Assembly: GCA_963783375.1 (NCBI GenBank)
Contig: CAWANH010000028.1
Location: 1,600,001-1,664,000, forward strand
Length of the DNA: 64,000 nt
Source of the DNA: Candidatus Eiseniibacteriota bacterium
Lineage (GTDB): Bacteria; Eisenbacteria; RBG-16-71-46; JABDJR01
Direction of reading: 5' to 3'
Shown: positions 1 to 9,324 of the stretch, piece by piece
How positions within the stretch are numbered: position 1 is the stretch's first letter
Layout of the letters: each line of letters opens with the position of its first letter
The notes under the pieces: generated by a model
What the model was told of the DNA's origin: nothing
Databases searched by the model: none
Seen by the model: only the letters and a program-made list of their open reading frames with translations
Position numbers and translations under genes: made by a program

Positions 1-135
1 GAGCCCGCCGCGTTCGGGGTTATGATCGAACCCGTCTTGACGCTCACCTAGAGGCGCGGCCGGGAGGCGGCATCCGGGTTTCCGGCGGATCGACCGGGCC
101 GGAACCGGTCCCGGGCCGGACCGCCGGAGGGGAAT

Positions 136-897
136 GTGATGGGATCGATCGCGCTCATTACCGGGGCCACCGCGGGATTCGGGGAAGCCTGCGCCCGCCG
201 CTTCGCCGGCGCCGGATGGAAGCTGGTGCTCACCGGGCGGCGGGTGGGGCGCCTGAAGGCGCTCCAGGAGGAGCTGGGGAAGCAGACCGCCGTGCACGTG
301 GAGGCGTTCGACGTCCGGGACCGCCGCGAGACGGAGTCCCGCCTCGCCACCCTTCCCGCCGAATTCCGGGACGTCGATCTCCTGGTCAACAACGCCGGGC
401 TCGCCCTGGGCCTGGAGCCCGCCCACCGGGCCGATCTCGACGACTGGGAGACCATGGTGGACACCAACATCCGGGGGCTCATGGTGGTGACCCGGGCTCT
501 CCTCCCCGGGATGGTGGAGCGGGGGCGCGGCCACGTGGTGAATCTCGGCTCCGCCGCCGCGAACTGGCCCTATCCGGGAGGGAACGTGTACGGGGCCACC
601 AAGGCCTTCGTGGCCCAGTTCTCGAGGAACCTCCGGGCGGACCTTCTCGGGACCGGGGTGCGGGTGACCGACGTCCAGCCCGGCCTGGCCGAGACCGAGT
701 TCTCGGTGGTGCGATTCAAGGGGGACGCAGGGAAGGCGGCGAAGGTCTACGAGGGGACGAATCCCCTGACCGCCGCGGACATCGCAGAGATCGTGTTCTG
801 GGTGGCCACCCTCCCTCCGCACGTCAACGTCAACGCGCTCGAGGTGATGCCGGTCCGGCAGACCTGGGGCCCATTCGCCATCCATCGCGAACCCTGA
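136..897 (+). CDS. SDR family NADP-dependent oxidoreductase (YdfG-like 3-hydroxy acid dehydrogenase)
   Basis: TGATAGFG Rossmann motif, NNAG, YxxxK (YGATK) and the C-terminal LPPHVNVN typical of YdfG; GGAGG RBS upstream. Confidence 0.9.
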   Translation: MMGSIALITGATAGFGEACARRFAGAGWKLVLTGRRVGRLKALQEELGKQTAVHVEAFDVRDRRETESRLATLPAEFRDVDLLVNNAGLALGLEPAHRADLDDWETMVDTNIRGLMVVTRALLPGMVERGRGHVVNLGSAAANWPYPGGNVYGATKAFVAQFSRNLRADLLGTGVRVTDVQPGLAETEFSVVRFKGDAGKAAKVYEGTNPLTAADIAEIVFWVATLPPHVNVNALEVMPVRQTWGPFAIHREP

Positions 898-918
898 GGG
901 AAAGCTCTGGAGGAACCC

Positions 919-2061
919 ATGGACTGCGTCCACGGAAACACGATCTATACCGGGACCTCGGTGGTGAAGAACGCCTACCTGCTCTTCGAGGGCCGGAAGC
1001 TGGCCGGGGTGGCCAAGGCGAAGAAGGGGACCGTGCGCGGGGAGTTCGAGACGGTGACCCCGGCCTTCGTGGATCCCCACAGCCACATCGGCATGCACCG
1101 CGCGGGCGAGCCCGAATCCGAAGGGGAATCGAACGAGCACATGGAGGCGCTGCTCGCCCTGCCCGATGCTCTCGACTCGATCCAGATGGACGACGCGGCG
1201 TTCCAGGACGCGGTGGAGATGGGGGCGCTCTATTCCTGCGCGCTCCCGGGAAGCGGCAACATCATCGGCGGGCTGACCGCGGTGGTCCGGAACTACGCGA
1301 AGAACAGCACCGACGCCCTGGTGGCCCGGGCCGGGGTGAAGGCGGCCTTCGGTTACAACCCGATGTCCACCGTGGAGTGGAAGGGGAAGCGTCCGAGCAC
1401 CCGCATGGGCGCCCTGGCCCTCCTCCGCGGGAAGCTCATCGACGTCCAGAACAAGCTGGAGAAGCGGGCGCGGGCGCGCGCGGACAAGAAGCTGGAGCTG
1501 GCCCTGACCGCCGAGGAGGTGGTCCTGGTCGATCTGCTCGCGCGGAAGCAGGTCCTGCGGACCCACGTCCACAAGATCGACGACATCGCGGCGCTGCTCC
1601 GGATCGTGGACGAGTTCAAGCTCCGGATCACCGTCGAGCACTCCATGGACGTGCACCAGCCCGAGATCTACCGGGAGCTCGCCCGGCGGAAGATCCCGGT
1701 CACCTACGGCCCCATCGACGCCTTCGCCTACAAGGTGGAGCTCAAGCACGAGAACTGGCGGAACGTGAAGCACCTGATCGACGCGGGCGGCGCCTTCGGC
1801 CTCATGACCGACCATCCGGTGACCCCGGCCCGCCAGCTCTTCCTCCAGACCCGCTGGTTCACCCGTCACGGCTACACCAAGCAGCAGGCGGTGGAGCTGG
1901 TCACCCGGCGGAACGCGGAGCTTCTGGGCCTGGGGAAGATCCTCGGCACCCTGGACAAGGGCAAGTGGGCCTCGTTCGTGGGGTGGAACGGCGATCCCTT
2001 CGACTTCACCGCGTATCCCACCGCGGTGTACGGCGAGGGAACGCTCGTCTTCGGGGAGTAG
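919..2061 (+). CDS. Metal-dependent amidohydrolase (imidazolonepropionase-like family)
   Basis: PAFVDPHSH (HxH), LPGSGNIIGG, RTHVH, VEHSMD and MTDHPV metal-ligand motifs; GGAGG RBS. Confidence 0.85.
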   Translation: MDCVHGNTIYTGTSVVKNAYLLFEGRKLAGVAKAKKGTVRGEFETVTPAFVDPHSHIGMHRAGEPESEGESNEHMEALLALPDALDSIQMDDAAFQDAVEMGALYSCALPGSGNIIGGLTAVVRNYAKNSTDALVARAGVKAAFGYNPMSTVEWKGKRPSTRMGALALLRGKLIDVQNKLEKRARARADKKLELALTAEEVVLVDLLARKQVLRTHVHKIDDIAALLRIVDEFKLRITVEHSMDVHQPEIYRELARRKIPVTYGPIDAFAYKVELKHENWRNVKHLIDAGGAFGLMTDHPVTPARQLFLQTRWFTRHGYTKQQAVELVTRRNAELLGLGKILGTLDKGKWASFVGWNGDPFDFTAYPTAVYGEGTLVFGE

Positions 2062-2193
2062 CGACGCGGTCACCGCGGCCCGGAGGCTCAGGCCCGAGAT
2101 CCCCGAGCGCGGCGTGGGCGGCGTCCCGATCGCCGACGAGATCGAACTGGAGATGCTTCTGGATGAGTGAGAGCGCTTCGGCGGGCTCCTCCC

Positions 2194-2859
2194 GTGACCC
2201 CGCTGTCCCCCGGGCGCGCCCGCGCGATCTACGATCGCATCGGCTCCCGCCAGGACACCCAGGTCTTCTACGAGAACCCGGCCGTCCGGCTCCTGCTGCG
2301 GCACGGCGATTTCGAGCATGCCCGCCGGATCTTCGAGTTCGGCTGCGGCACCGGGCGGGTGGCGGCGGAGGTGCTCTCCCGGGCGCCCGGCGCGTCCTAT
2401 CGAGGCCTCGATCTGAGCCCCCGCATGGTGGCGCTGGCCCGAACGCGGCTGGAACGGTTCGGCGCGGCCGCCGAGGTGGACGTGAGCGAAGGGGGCCCGC
2501 CGGCCGGGGAGCCCGCCGCCTCCTGCGATCGCTTCCTCTCGACCTACGTCCTCGACCTCCTGTCCGAGGAGGAGATCGGGTCGACGATCGCCGCGGCTCA
2601 CCGCGTGCTCGAACCCGGGGGGCGGCTCTGCGTCTGCTCCCTCACCCACGGGATCACTCCGGTCTCCCGGTTGGTCGTCGGGATCTGGGAGCGGGTGTAC
2701 GCCCACCGTCCGGCCTGGGTCGGCGGTTGCCGCCCGCTGGAGCTGGCGGGGTTCCTGGACCGGGAAGACTGGCGGATCCTGGTCGACGAGAAGGTCTCGG
2801 CCTGGGGAGTGCCGTCGGAGGTCCTGGTGGCGGCTAGAACCGAAACCGTTTCACCGTGA
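2194..2859 (+). CDS. Class I SAM-dependent methyltransferase
   Basis: FEFGCGTG motif I, GLDLS, VLEPGGRL; start uncertain (GTG at 2167 or 2194). Confidence 0.8.
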   Translation: MTPLSPGRARAIYDRIGSRQDTQVFYENPAVRLLLRHGDFEHARRIFEFGCGTGRVAAEVLSRAPGASYRGLDLSPRMVALARTRLERFGAAAEVDVSEGGPPAGEPAASCDRFLSTYVLDLLSEEEIGSTIAAAHRVLEPGGRLCVCSLTHGITPVSRLVVGIWERVYAHRPAWVGGCRPLELAGFLDREDWRILVDEKVSAWGVPSEVLVAARTETVSP

Positions 2860-3699
2860 CCGTGCCCTGGTCCAGGACGTAGGCGTCCCCCGCCGGCCCG
2901 TAGGCGATCCCCACCGGGGTATGGAACGCGGGGAGGCTCTCGGGGCCGCGGCGCCAGGCCCCGGGGGAGGGGATCTCCAGCGCGCCGAACTGGAGAGCCG
3001 TGGGAGGCGGGATCGGGGCGCCCAGCCCGCGGGACCAGCCGCTCACCAGGGCGCCCTCGCCGATGAAGCAGAGCACGGAGCTCGACCCGGGATCGGTGAC
3101 CATGACGTAGCCTCGGGGATCGACGGCCACCGCGTAGGGCCAGAACCCACCCGCCTCCGGGGGAGGCGCGACCTCCCACCCCCCCACGAACACGCCTTCG
3201 GTGGTGAACCGCTGGACCCGGCCGTTTCCCGGGTCGGTCACGTAGACGAAGCCTCGGGGGTCGATCGCGATGCCCATGGGGCAGCGAAACCGCCCGGGAC
3301 CGGCTCCGAAGCCCCCCCACGACGTCAGGAACCGCCCCCCGGCGGTGAACTTCTGCACCCGGTGATTCAGCTCGTCCACCACGTACACCGCCCCCGCCGA
3401 ATCCACCGCGATCCCGGTGGGCTTCAGGAACCGTCCGGGGCGATCCCTTACGAGCCCCACTCCCGGACCAGGGCCGGCGGGGTGAGGGGGAGGGGGCCGG
3501 CGGTGGACGTCGCGGCCCCGGAGATCACCGCCCCGCCGGCGGCCTGGATGTCCGCCGCACCCAAGGCTCCGCTGTCCGCCGGGGTCAAGACCGCGCTGGC
3601 CCCCCGGGGAAGGAGGAGGGCGGCCAGAAACCCCAGCAGGTGGAGGAGGCCGAGGGGGCGGCGGGCGGAGCCATGACCGGAGAGGCGGGTATCGCTCAT
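2834..3699 (-). CDS. Secreted NHL-repeat (6-bladed beta-propeller) protein, broken by an indel/stop near 3440-3450
   Basis: The signal peptide (MSDTRL...GASA) and LVREWGS lie in one frame. NHL repeats (GRFLKPTGIAVDSAGAVYVVDELNHRVQKF; GRFRCPMGIAIDPRGFVYVTDPGNGRVQRF) continue in the adjacent frame. Confidence 0.75.
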
Positions 3700-3779
3700 G
3701 GAAGTTCTCCACGGATGGAAGTCGAAGCGCCGTAAGCAAGTATGACACACCGAGGGCGGGCGGGAAGCAGGGGGCCCGA

Positions 3780-3808
3780 TTGCGGCCCCCCCTTTCCCGT
3801 GCTATCCT
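3780..3808 (+). promoter_or_regulatory. Putative sigma-70 promoter of the glycosylation operon
   Basis: TTGCGG-N17-TATCCT with extended -10 TG (TGcTATCCT), ~100 nt upstream of ATG 3912. Confidence 0.55.
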
Positions 3809-3911
3809 CTTACGCCTCAATTCTCTAGGTGTAAGCATGACGCGATGCCCGCCCTCGGCGGGATGGCGACCGGGGCGCCCGGACAACCCCCGTGGAGGAC
3901 CACGTCCCCCC

Positions 3912-4682
3912 ATGGCCCGAGCATCCACCAAGGCGCACTGGGACGCGTACTGGAAAGAAAACGCCGATCCCCACGTCACCTACGACAACGACAACCGGGT
4001 GATCAACGCGATCCTGGCCCTCGGAGAGGTGCGCGGTAAACGCATCCTCGAGGTCGGGGCGGGCTCCGGCCGGGACTCCATCGAGCTGGCCCGCCGCGGG
4101 GCGCGGGTCACGGTGATCGACTACGTGCCCTCCTCCCTGGACGTGGTGGCGCGGAACGCCGCCGCCGCCGGGGTGGCCATCACCATGGTCTGCGCCGACG
4201 GGACCCGCATGCCCTTCAACGAAGGGACCTTCGACGTCGTGTTTCACCAGGGGCTTCTCGAGCACTTCCGCGATCCCGTCCCCCTGGTGGCGGACAACCG
4301 GCGGGTCCTGAAGCGCGGCGGCCACGTGGTCATCGACGTTCCCCAGCGCTGGCACGTCTACACGGTGGGGAAGAAGATCATGATCGCCCTGGACCGGTGG
4401 TTCGCGGGGTGGGAGACCGAGTTCTCGATCCGTGAGCTCTCGCGGCTGGTTGAGGCCCAGGGATTCCGGGTCGAGGCCCGTTTCGGGGACTGGATGATCC
4501 CCGGCTTCTTCTACCGTGCCGCCCGCTACGGCCTCCGCGCGGTGGGGGTGGGGATTCCCCGGAATCCGGGGGGGCTGGGGCCGCTGGGGCGGATGAACGA
4601 CGCCTGGCGGAACTGGTTCCGGCGGCGGCCCCTGGCCTACTGGACCTTCGCCATGATCGGCGTGGTGGGGAGGAAGGTTTGA
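3912..4682 (+). CDS. Class I SAM-dependent methyltransferase (glycan-associated)
   Basis: ILEVGAGSG, FDVVFHQGLLEHF, VLKRGG; GGAGGA RBS; first gene of the operon. Confidence 0.85.
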   Translation: MARASTKAHWDAYWKENADPHVTYDNDNRVINAILALGEVRGKRILEVGAGSGRDSIELARRGARVTVIDYVPSSLDVVARNAAAAGVAITMVCADGTRMPFNEGTFDVVFHQGLLEHFRDPVPLVADNRRVLKRGGHVVIDVPQRWHVYTVGKKIMIALDRWFAGWETEFSIRELSRLVEAQGFRVEARFGDWMIPGFFYRAARYGLRAVGVGIPRNPGGLGPLGRMNDAWRNWFRRRPLAYWTFAMIGVVGRKV

Positions 4683-5824
4683 GCCGGCGCATCTGCCTCC
4701 TGTCCTATCGGGACATGAAGCACCCGGAGGCCGGCGGGGCCGAGGTCATCATTCAGGAGGTGTTCTCCCGGATCGCCGAGCGGGGGAACCAGGTCACCCT
4801 CCTCACCGGGATGTTCCCCGGGGCCTCGCGCACCGATCGAATCGGTCCCCTGGAAATCCACCGGACGGGAAACCTCTACAACTTCAACTTCGCCGCTCCC
4901 CGGTACTTCAAGAAGCACCTCGAGCCCCGGGGATACGACCTGGTGGCCGAGGACCTGAACAAGATCCCGTTCTTCATGCCGCTCCACACCCGGCTCCCGG
5001 TCCTGACCATCGTGCCCCACCTGTTCGGCACTACCGTGTTCCAGGAGGCCCCCTTCCCCCTCGCGACCTACGTCTACCTCTACGAGCGCTTCATACCGAG
5101 GGTGTACCGGAACTCCCGGTTCTCGGTTCTCTCCGAGAGCACCCGGGATGACCTGGCGGCCCGGGGGATCCCCCGGCGGAACCTCCGCGTCATCCACAGC
5201 GGGATGGACCACGACCTCTACGGCCCCAGCCCGGTCCCGGTGGCCGAGCGGCCCAAGCGGATCGTGTACCTGGGCCGGCTCAAGAAATACAAGCGGATCG
5301 AAAACCCTATCCTGGCCCTGCCCAAGGTCTTGGCCCGGGTGCAGGGCGCCGAGTACTGGATCGTGGGAGAGGGGGATTTTCGAGGGGAGCTGGAGCGTAT
5401 TGCCAGCCGAACCGGGGTGGCCGATCATGTTCGCTTCCCGGGGTACGTGGGGGGGCGGGACAAGGTGAAGCTATTGCAGGAGTCGCGGGTGCTGGCCTAT
5501 ACCTCGCCCAAGGAAGGTTGGGGGCTCTCCGTGATCGAGGCCGGTGCCTGCGCCACCCCGGTTGTGGCCAGCCGGTCCCCGGGGCTCCGGGAGTCGGTGG
5601 TGGACGGGAAGACCGGGTTCCTGGTGGAGCACGGCGACATCGACGAGTTGGCCGCGAAGATCATCACCCTTCTCACCGACGACGCCCTGGCGTCGTCGAT
5701 GGCCGGGGAAGGGGTGGGCTGGGCCCGTAACTTCAACTGGCAGGCGTCCACCGAGAAGACCCTGGATCTCATCGAGGAGATCCTGGGAGAGCGTGGCGAG
5801 GCGCGCGCCGTACGCGGGAGATAG
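4679..5824 (+). CDS. Glycosyltransferase family 4
   Basis: HPEAGGAE N-terminus, YLGRLKKYK, EGWGLSVIEAGACATPVVAS (Ex7E motif). Confidence 0.9.
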   Translation: MSRRICLLSYRDMKHPEAGGAEVIIQEVFSRIAERGNQVTLLTGMFPGASRTDRIGPLEIHRTGNLYNFNFAAPRYFKKHLEPRGYDLVAEDLNKIPFFMPLHTRLPVLTIVPHLFGTTVFQEAPFPLATYVYLYERFIPRVYRNSRFSVLSESTRDDLAARGIPRRNLRVIHSGMDHDLYGPSPVPVAERPKRIVYLGRLKKYKRIENPILALPKVLARVQGAEYWIVGEGDFRGELERIASRTGVADHVRFPGYVGGRDKVKLLQESRVLAYTSPKEGWGLSVIEAGACATPVVASRSPGLRESVVDGKTGFLVEHGDIDELAAKIITLLTDDALASSMAGEGVGWARNFNWQASTEKTLDLIEEILGERGEARAVRGR

Positions 5825-5828
5825 CACG

Positions 5829-8357
5829 TTGACCACGTTGGAGCGGTATACACAGGACAAGCAGAACACCCTGGTCGCCGTGTTCGTATTCCTGTTCAGC
5901 CTTGCCATCTACACCATCACCATGACCCCCACCGTTCCGTTCTGGGACAGCGGGGAGTTCATCGCCACCAGCTACATTCTCGGCGTGCCCCATGCCCCCG
6001 GCACCCCGCTCTACGTTCTCCTCGGGCGCATCTTCACCCTCATTCCCATCGCCACCATCGCCCAGCGCGTGAACTGGTTTTCCGCCCTCTCCTCGGCGGT
6101 GGCCGTGCTCTTCACCTATCTGGTGACGGTCAAGGTCAGCCGCAAGATCTTCCCCTGGGAGGAGAAGTCGATCAACCGTCCCCTGGCCTATGTGGCCGGG
6201 GTGGTGGCCGCGTTCATGGCCGGCTTCGCCACCACCTTCTGGGACAACGCCGTCGAGGCCGAAGTGTACGCCGCGTCCTGCGCGCTCATGGTCTTCGTGG
6301 TGTGGCTCGCGCTTCGCTGGGAGGAGCGGTTGGACCGGGGGAACGAGGACGGTCTTCTCCTTCTTCTCACCTACCTGGTAGGTCTGGGAATCGGCATCCA
6401 TCTGGGGGTGGCCATCGCGGCCTGGGCGGCGGTGATCTTCGTCTTCGCCACCCGCCCCAGCTACATCTGGCGGTGGGACTACTTCGGCTGGGGGCTGGTG
6501 ACCCTCTCCCTGGCCACCGGCATCCACATCGGAGCGTTCCTGGTGGCGCCGGTGGTGCTGGGGATCACCCTCCTGGTGTGGATCGTGAGCGGGAAGTTCC
6601 ACAAGCTGGCCTTCTGGAGCGCGCTCCTCTTCATGGTGGGCGTGTCGGTCCACTTCTACCTGCTCATCCGCTCCAACCTCCACCCGATGATCAACGAGGC
6701 GGCGCCGGAGACCTGGCACTCCCTGTGGCTGATGCTCATCCGCGATCAGTACAAGCCCCCGCCCATCTGGGAGCGCAAGGCGGACTTCTGGTACCAGCTG
6801 AACCACATGTACTTCCGGTACATGAGGTGGAACTTCACCCTCTTCTTCCTGAAGGGGAGGGGCTTCTTCCAGCTCCCGATTCTCCTGGCGGTGGCGGGGG
6901 CGTTCATCCATCTCGTTCGGGCGCGGCGGAGCGCGATCCTCCTCGGAGTGCTCTTCGCCCTCCTGGGACCGGCCATGGTGGTCTACCTCAATTTCCGGGT
7001 GGGGGAGGTCCGCGAGCGGGACTATTTCTTCGTCCAGAACTTCCAGTTCATGTCCATCTGGGTGGGGATCGGCGCGGCGTGGCTGGTGATCTGGGCCCGG
7101 GACCAGTTCTCGAGGGAATCGAGCCGCCGGGTGGCCGTCGGCGCGACCGCTACCCTCATGCTGGCCATGTCCCTGGCCCCCGTGTTCACCAACTGGAGAT
7201 CCCATGACCGGCGGGGCTTCTACGTGGCCCGGGACTACGCCTACAACATGCTGATCGGGCTGGCCCCCAACGCCATCATCTTCACCAACGGGGACAACGA
7301 CACCTTCCCGCTCTGGTACCTCCAGGAGGTGGAGAAGATCCGCAAGGACGTCCGGGTGGTGAACCTGAGCCTCCTCAACACCGACTGGTACATCAAGCAG
7401 CTCCGGGATCTGAGCCCCAAGGTGCCCATCGGCTGGACCGATGCCCAGATCGAGCAGGCGCAGCCCTACCGCGACCAGAACGGGAAGATCTGGTACGTGA
7501 AGGACATCGCCGTCCGCCAGATCGTGAAGGAAAACAACTGGCAACGGCCGCTCTACCTGGCGGTGACCGTGCCCGACCAGATGGGTCTGGAAAAGCAGCT
7601 GGTGATGGAGGGGCTGGTGTTCCGGATCGAGCCCAAGCCCACCGACCAGCACATGGACGTGGAGAAGACCCTCAACAACCTGAACCATGTGTACACGTTC
7701 AAGGGCCTGGTCCTGAAGGACACCACCGCCGACGGCAAGGTGAACTGGCTCCCCGACACCACGGTGTACAAGGACGAGAACGCCACCAAGCTGGTGCAGA
7801 ACTACGCCGCCGCCTTCAGCCGGGTGGGGGTCTCCCTCTTCGAGAAGGGAAAGACCCAGGAGGCCCTGGACGAGATGCAGAAGGCCGAGGCGGTCTCGCC
7901 GGACTTCCCGGGGATCCCGCTGGCCAAGCTGGTCTTCCTGGAGCAGCTGGGCCGGATCGACGACGCCGAGGCCTACGGCAAGCGCATGATCCAGCGGTAC
8001 CCCGGCGACTGGCAGTTCTACCAGCGGCTGGGCCAGCTCCTCCTCGACCACAACAAGGCCGAGCAGTCGATCCAGTACTTCGAGGGTGCGTCGAGAGCGG
8101 CCCCCGACGAGTACTACCCCTACCAGGGCCTGGTGAGCGCCTACTACAAGCTGGGCCGCTACCAAGACGCCCTGACCGCGCTCCAGCGCCTGGCCGACCA
8201 GCACCCCGAGGACAAGAGCATCATCCAGTACATCGGCGAGCTCCGGGAATCGATCAAGAGCGGAGAGCTCCTGCCCGGAATGGCCGCCGACACCACCGCG
8301 GCGGGGGACACCACGGTTGGGGGCGCTCAGGCTCCGGCGGGATCCGATGGAAACTGA
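5829..8357 (+). CDS. DUF2723 / TMEM260-like GT-C membrane glycosyltransferase with C-terminal TPR repeats
   Basis: WDSGEFI, GVPHAPGTPLY, AVEAEVY, RERDYFF and FTNGDNDTFPLWY motifs; many TM helices; TPR-like helices at the C-terminus; TTG start inferred. Confidence 0.9.
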   Translation: MTTLERYTQDKQNTLVAVFVFLFSLAIYTITMTPTVPFWDSGEFIATSYILGVPHAPGTPLYVLLGRIFTLIPIATIAQRVNWFSALSSAVAVLFTYLVTVKVSRKIFPWEEKSINRPLAYVAGVVAAFMAGFATTFWDNAVEAEVYAASCALMVFVVWLALRWEERLDRGNEDGLLLLLTYLVGLGIGIHLGVAIAAWAAVIFVFATRPSYIWRWDYFGWGLVTLSLATGIHIGAFLVAPVVLGITLLVWIVSGKFHKLAFWSALLFMVGVSVHFYLLIRSNLHPMINEAAPETWHSLWLMLIRDQYKPPPIWERKADFWYQLNHMYFRYMRWNFTLFFLKGRGFFQLPILLAVAGAFIHLVRARRSAILLGVLFALLGPAMVVYLNFRVGEVRERDYFFVQNFQFMSIWVGIGAAWLVIWARDQFSRESSRRVAVGATATLMLAMSLAPVFTNWRSHDRRGFYVARDYAYNMLIGLAPNAIIFTNGDNDTFPLWYLQEVEKIRKDVRVVNLSLLNTDWYIKQLRDLSPKVPIGWTDAQIEQAQPYRDQNGKIWYVKDIAVRQIVKENNWQRPLYLAVTVPDQMGLEKQLVMEGLVFRIEPKPTDQHMDVEKTLNNLNHVYTFKGLVLKDTTADGKVNWLPDTTVYKDENATKLVQNYAAAFSRVGVSLFEKGKTQEALDEMQKAEAVSPDFPGIPLAKLVFLEQLGRIDDAEAYGKRMIQRYPGDWQFYQRLGQLLLDHNKAEQSIQYFEGASRAAPDEYYPYQGLVSAYYKLGRYQDALTALQRLADQHPEDKSIIQYIGELRESIKSGELLPGMAADTTAAGDTTVGGAQAPAGSDGN

Positions 8358-9324
8358 AGCGCTGGTCACCGGGGTGGCGGGCTTCTTGGGCTCCCACCTG
8401 GCCGGTGCGCTTCTCGATCGCGGCCACGCGGTGCGTGGGGTGGACTGCTTCACCCCCTACTACGGCCGGACGCTCAAGGAGGCCAACCTGGCCGGGCTGC
8501 GTTCCCACCCGGGCTTCCGCTTCCACGAGATCGATCTGAGGACCGCGGACCTGGCGCCGGTGTTCGAGGGGGTGGACTGGGTGTTCCACCAGGCCGCCCA
8601 ACCCGGGGTGCGGGCTTCCTGGGACGAGGGCTTCGCCGACTATGTCGGGCACAACCTCCTGGCCACCCAGCGTCTCCTGGAGACCTGCCGCCGGGCGGGA
8701 ACGTCGCGGGTGGTGTTCGCCTCGTCCTCTTCGGTGTACGGAAACGTCTCCGAGGGTGAGGTGGAGGAGGACGCGCCGCTCCGCCCCATGTCTCCCTACG
8801 GGGTGACCAAGCTCGCCTCGGAGCGGCTGGTGGACGTCTATCACCGGGAGTTCGGTCTCCACACCGTGAGCCTTCGCTACTTCACGGTCTGCGGACCCCG
8901 GCAGCGCCCGGACATGGCGTTCCACAAGATACTGCGGGCGCTCCACCTCGGGCAGGAATTCCCCCAGTACGGGGACGGTTCCCAGCTTCGCGACTTCACC
9001 CACGTGGGGGACGCGGTCGAGGCCAATCTCCTGGCCGCGGAGCGGGGACGGGCGGGGGCGGTGTACAACATCGGCGGGGGAAACCCGATCTCCCTGTCCG
9101 ACGCGATCCGCACCCTGGAGCGGGTGACCGGCCGCCGGGCCAAGCTACGGGTCCTGCCCCGGGCCGAGGGGGACCCCGACCGCACCGCGGCGTCGCTGGA
9201 GCGGGCGCGGCGCGACCTGGGCTACGAACCGAAGGTCCCGGTGGACGAGGCCCTGCGGCGGGAGGCGGAGTGGTTCGCCGGTTCCGACGGACCGCTGGCC
9301 CTGGAGGCGGGGAGACGAACGTGA
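8347..9324 (+). CDS. NAD-dependent nucleotide-sugar epimerase (UDP-glucuronate 4-epimerase-like)
   Basis: VTGVAGFLG, AAQPGVR, ASSSSVYG, YGVTK, RYFTVCGPRQRPDMAFH. Confidence 0.85.
   Translation: METEALVTGVAGFLGSHLAGALLDRGHAVRGVDCFTPYYGRTLKEANLAGLRSHPGFRFHEIDLRTADLAPVFEGVDWVFHQAAQPGVRASWDEGFADYVGHNLLATQRLLETCRRAGTSRVVFASSSSVYGNVSEGEVEEDAPLRPMSPYGVTKLASERLVDVYHREFGLHTVSLRYFTVCGPRQRPDMAFHKILRALHLGQEFPQYGDGSQLRDFTHVGDAVEANLLAAERGRAGAVYNIGGGNPISLSDAIRTLERVTGRRAKLRVLPRAEGDPDRTAASLERARRDLGYEPKVPVDEALRREAEWFAGSDGPLALEAGRRT

Noticed and set aside
919-2061. Assignment of the amidohydrolase as hutI partnering ftcD
   Set aside because: It is 48 kb away and lacks recognisable HutI-specific motifs; only family-level support
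216-2837. 873-aa alternative-frame ORF, and similar ones at 14561-17578, 23205-25961 and 59508-61709
   Set aside because: Arg/Gly/Pro-rich off-frame translations overlapping real genes
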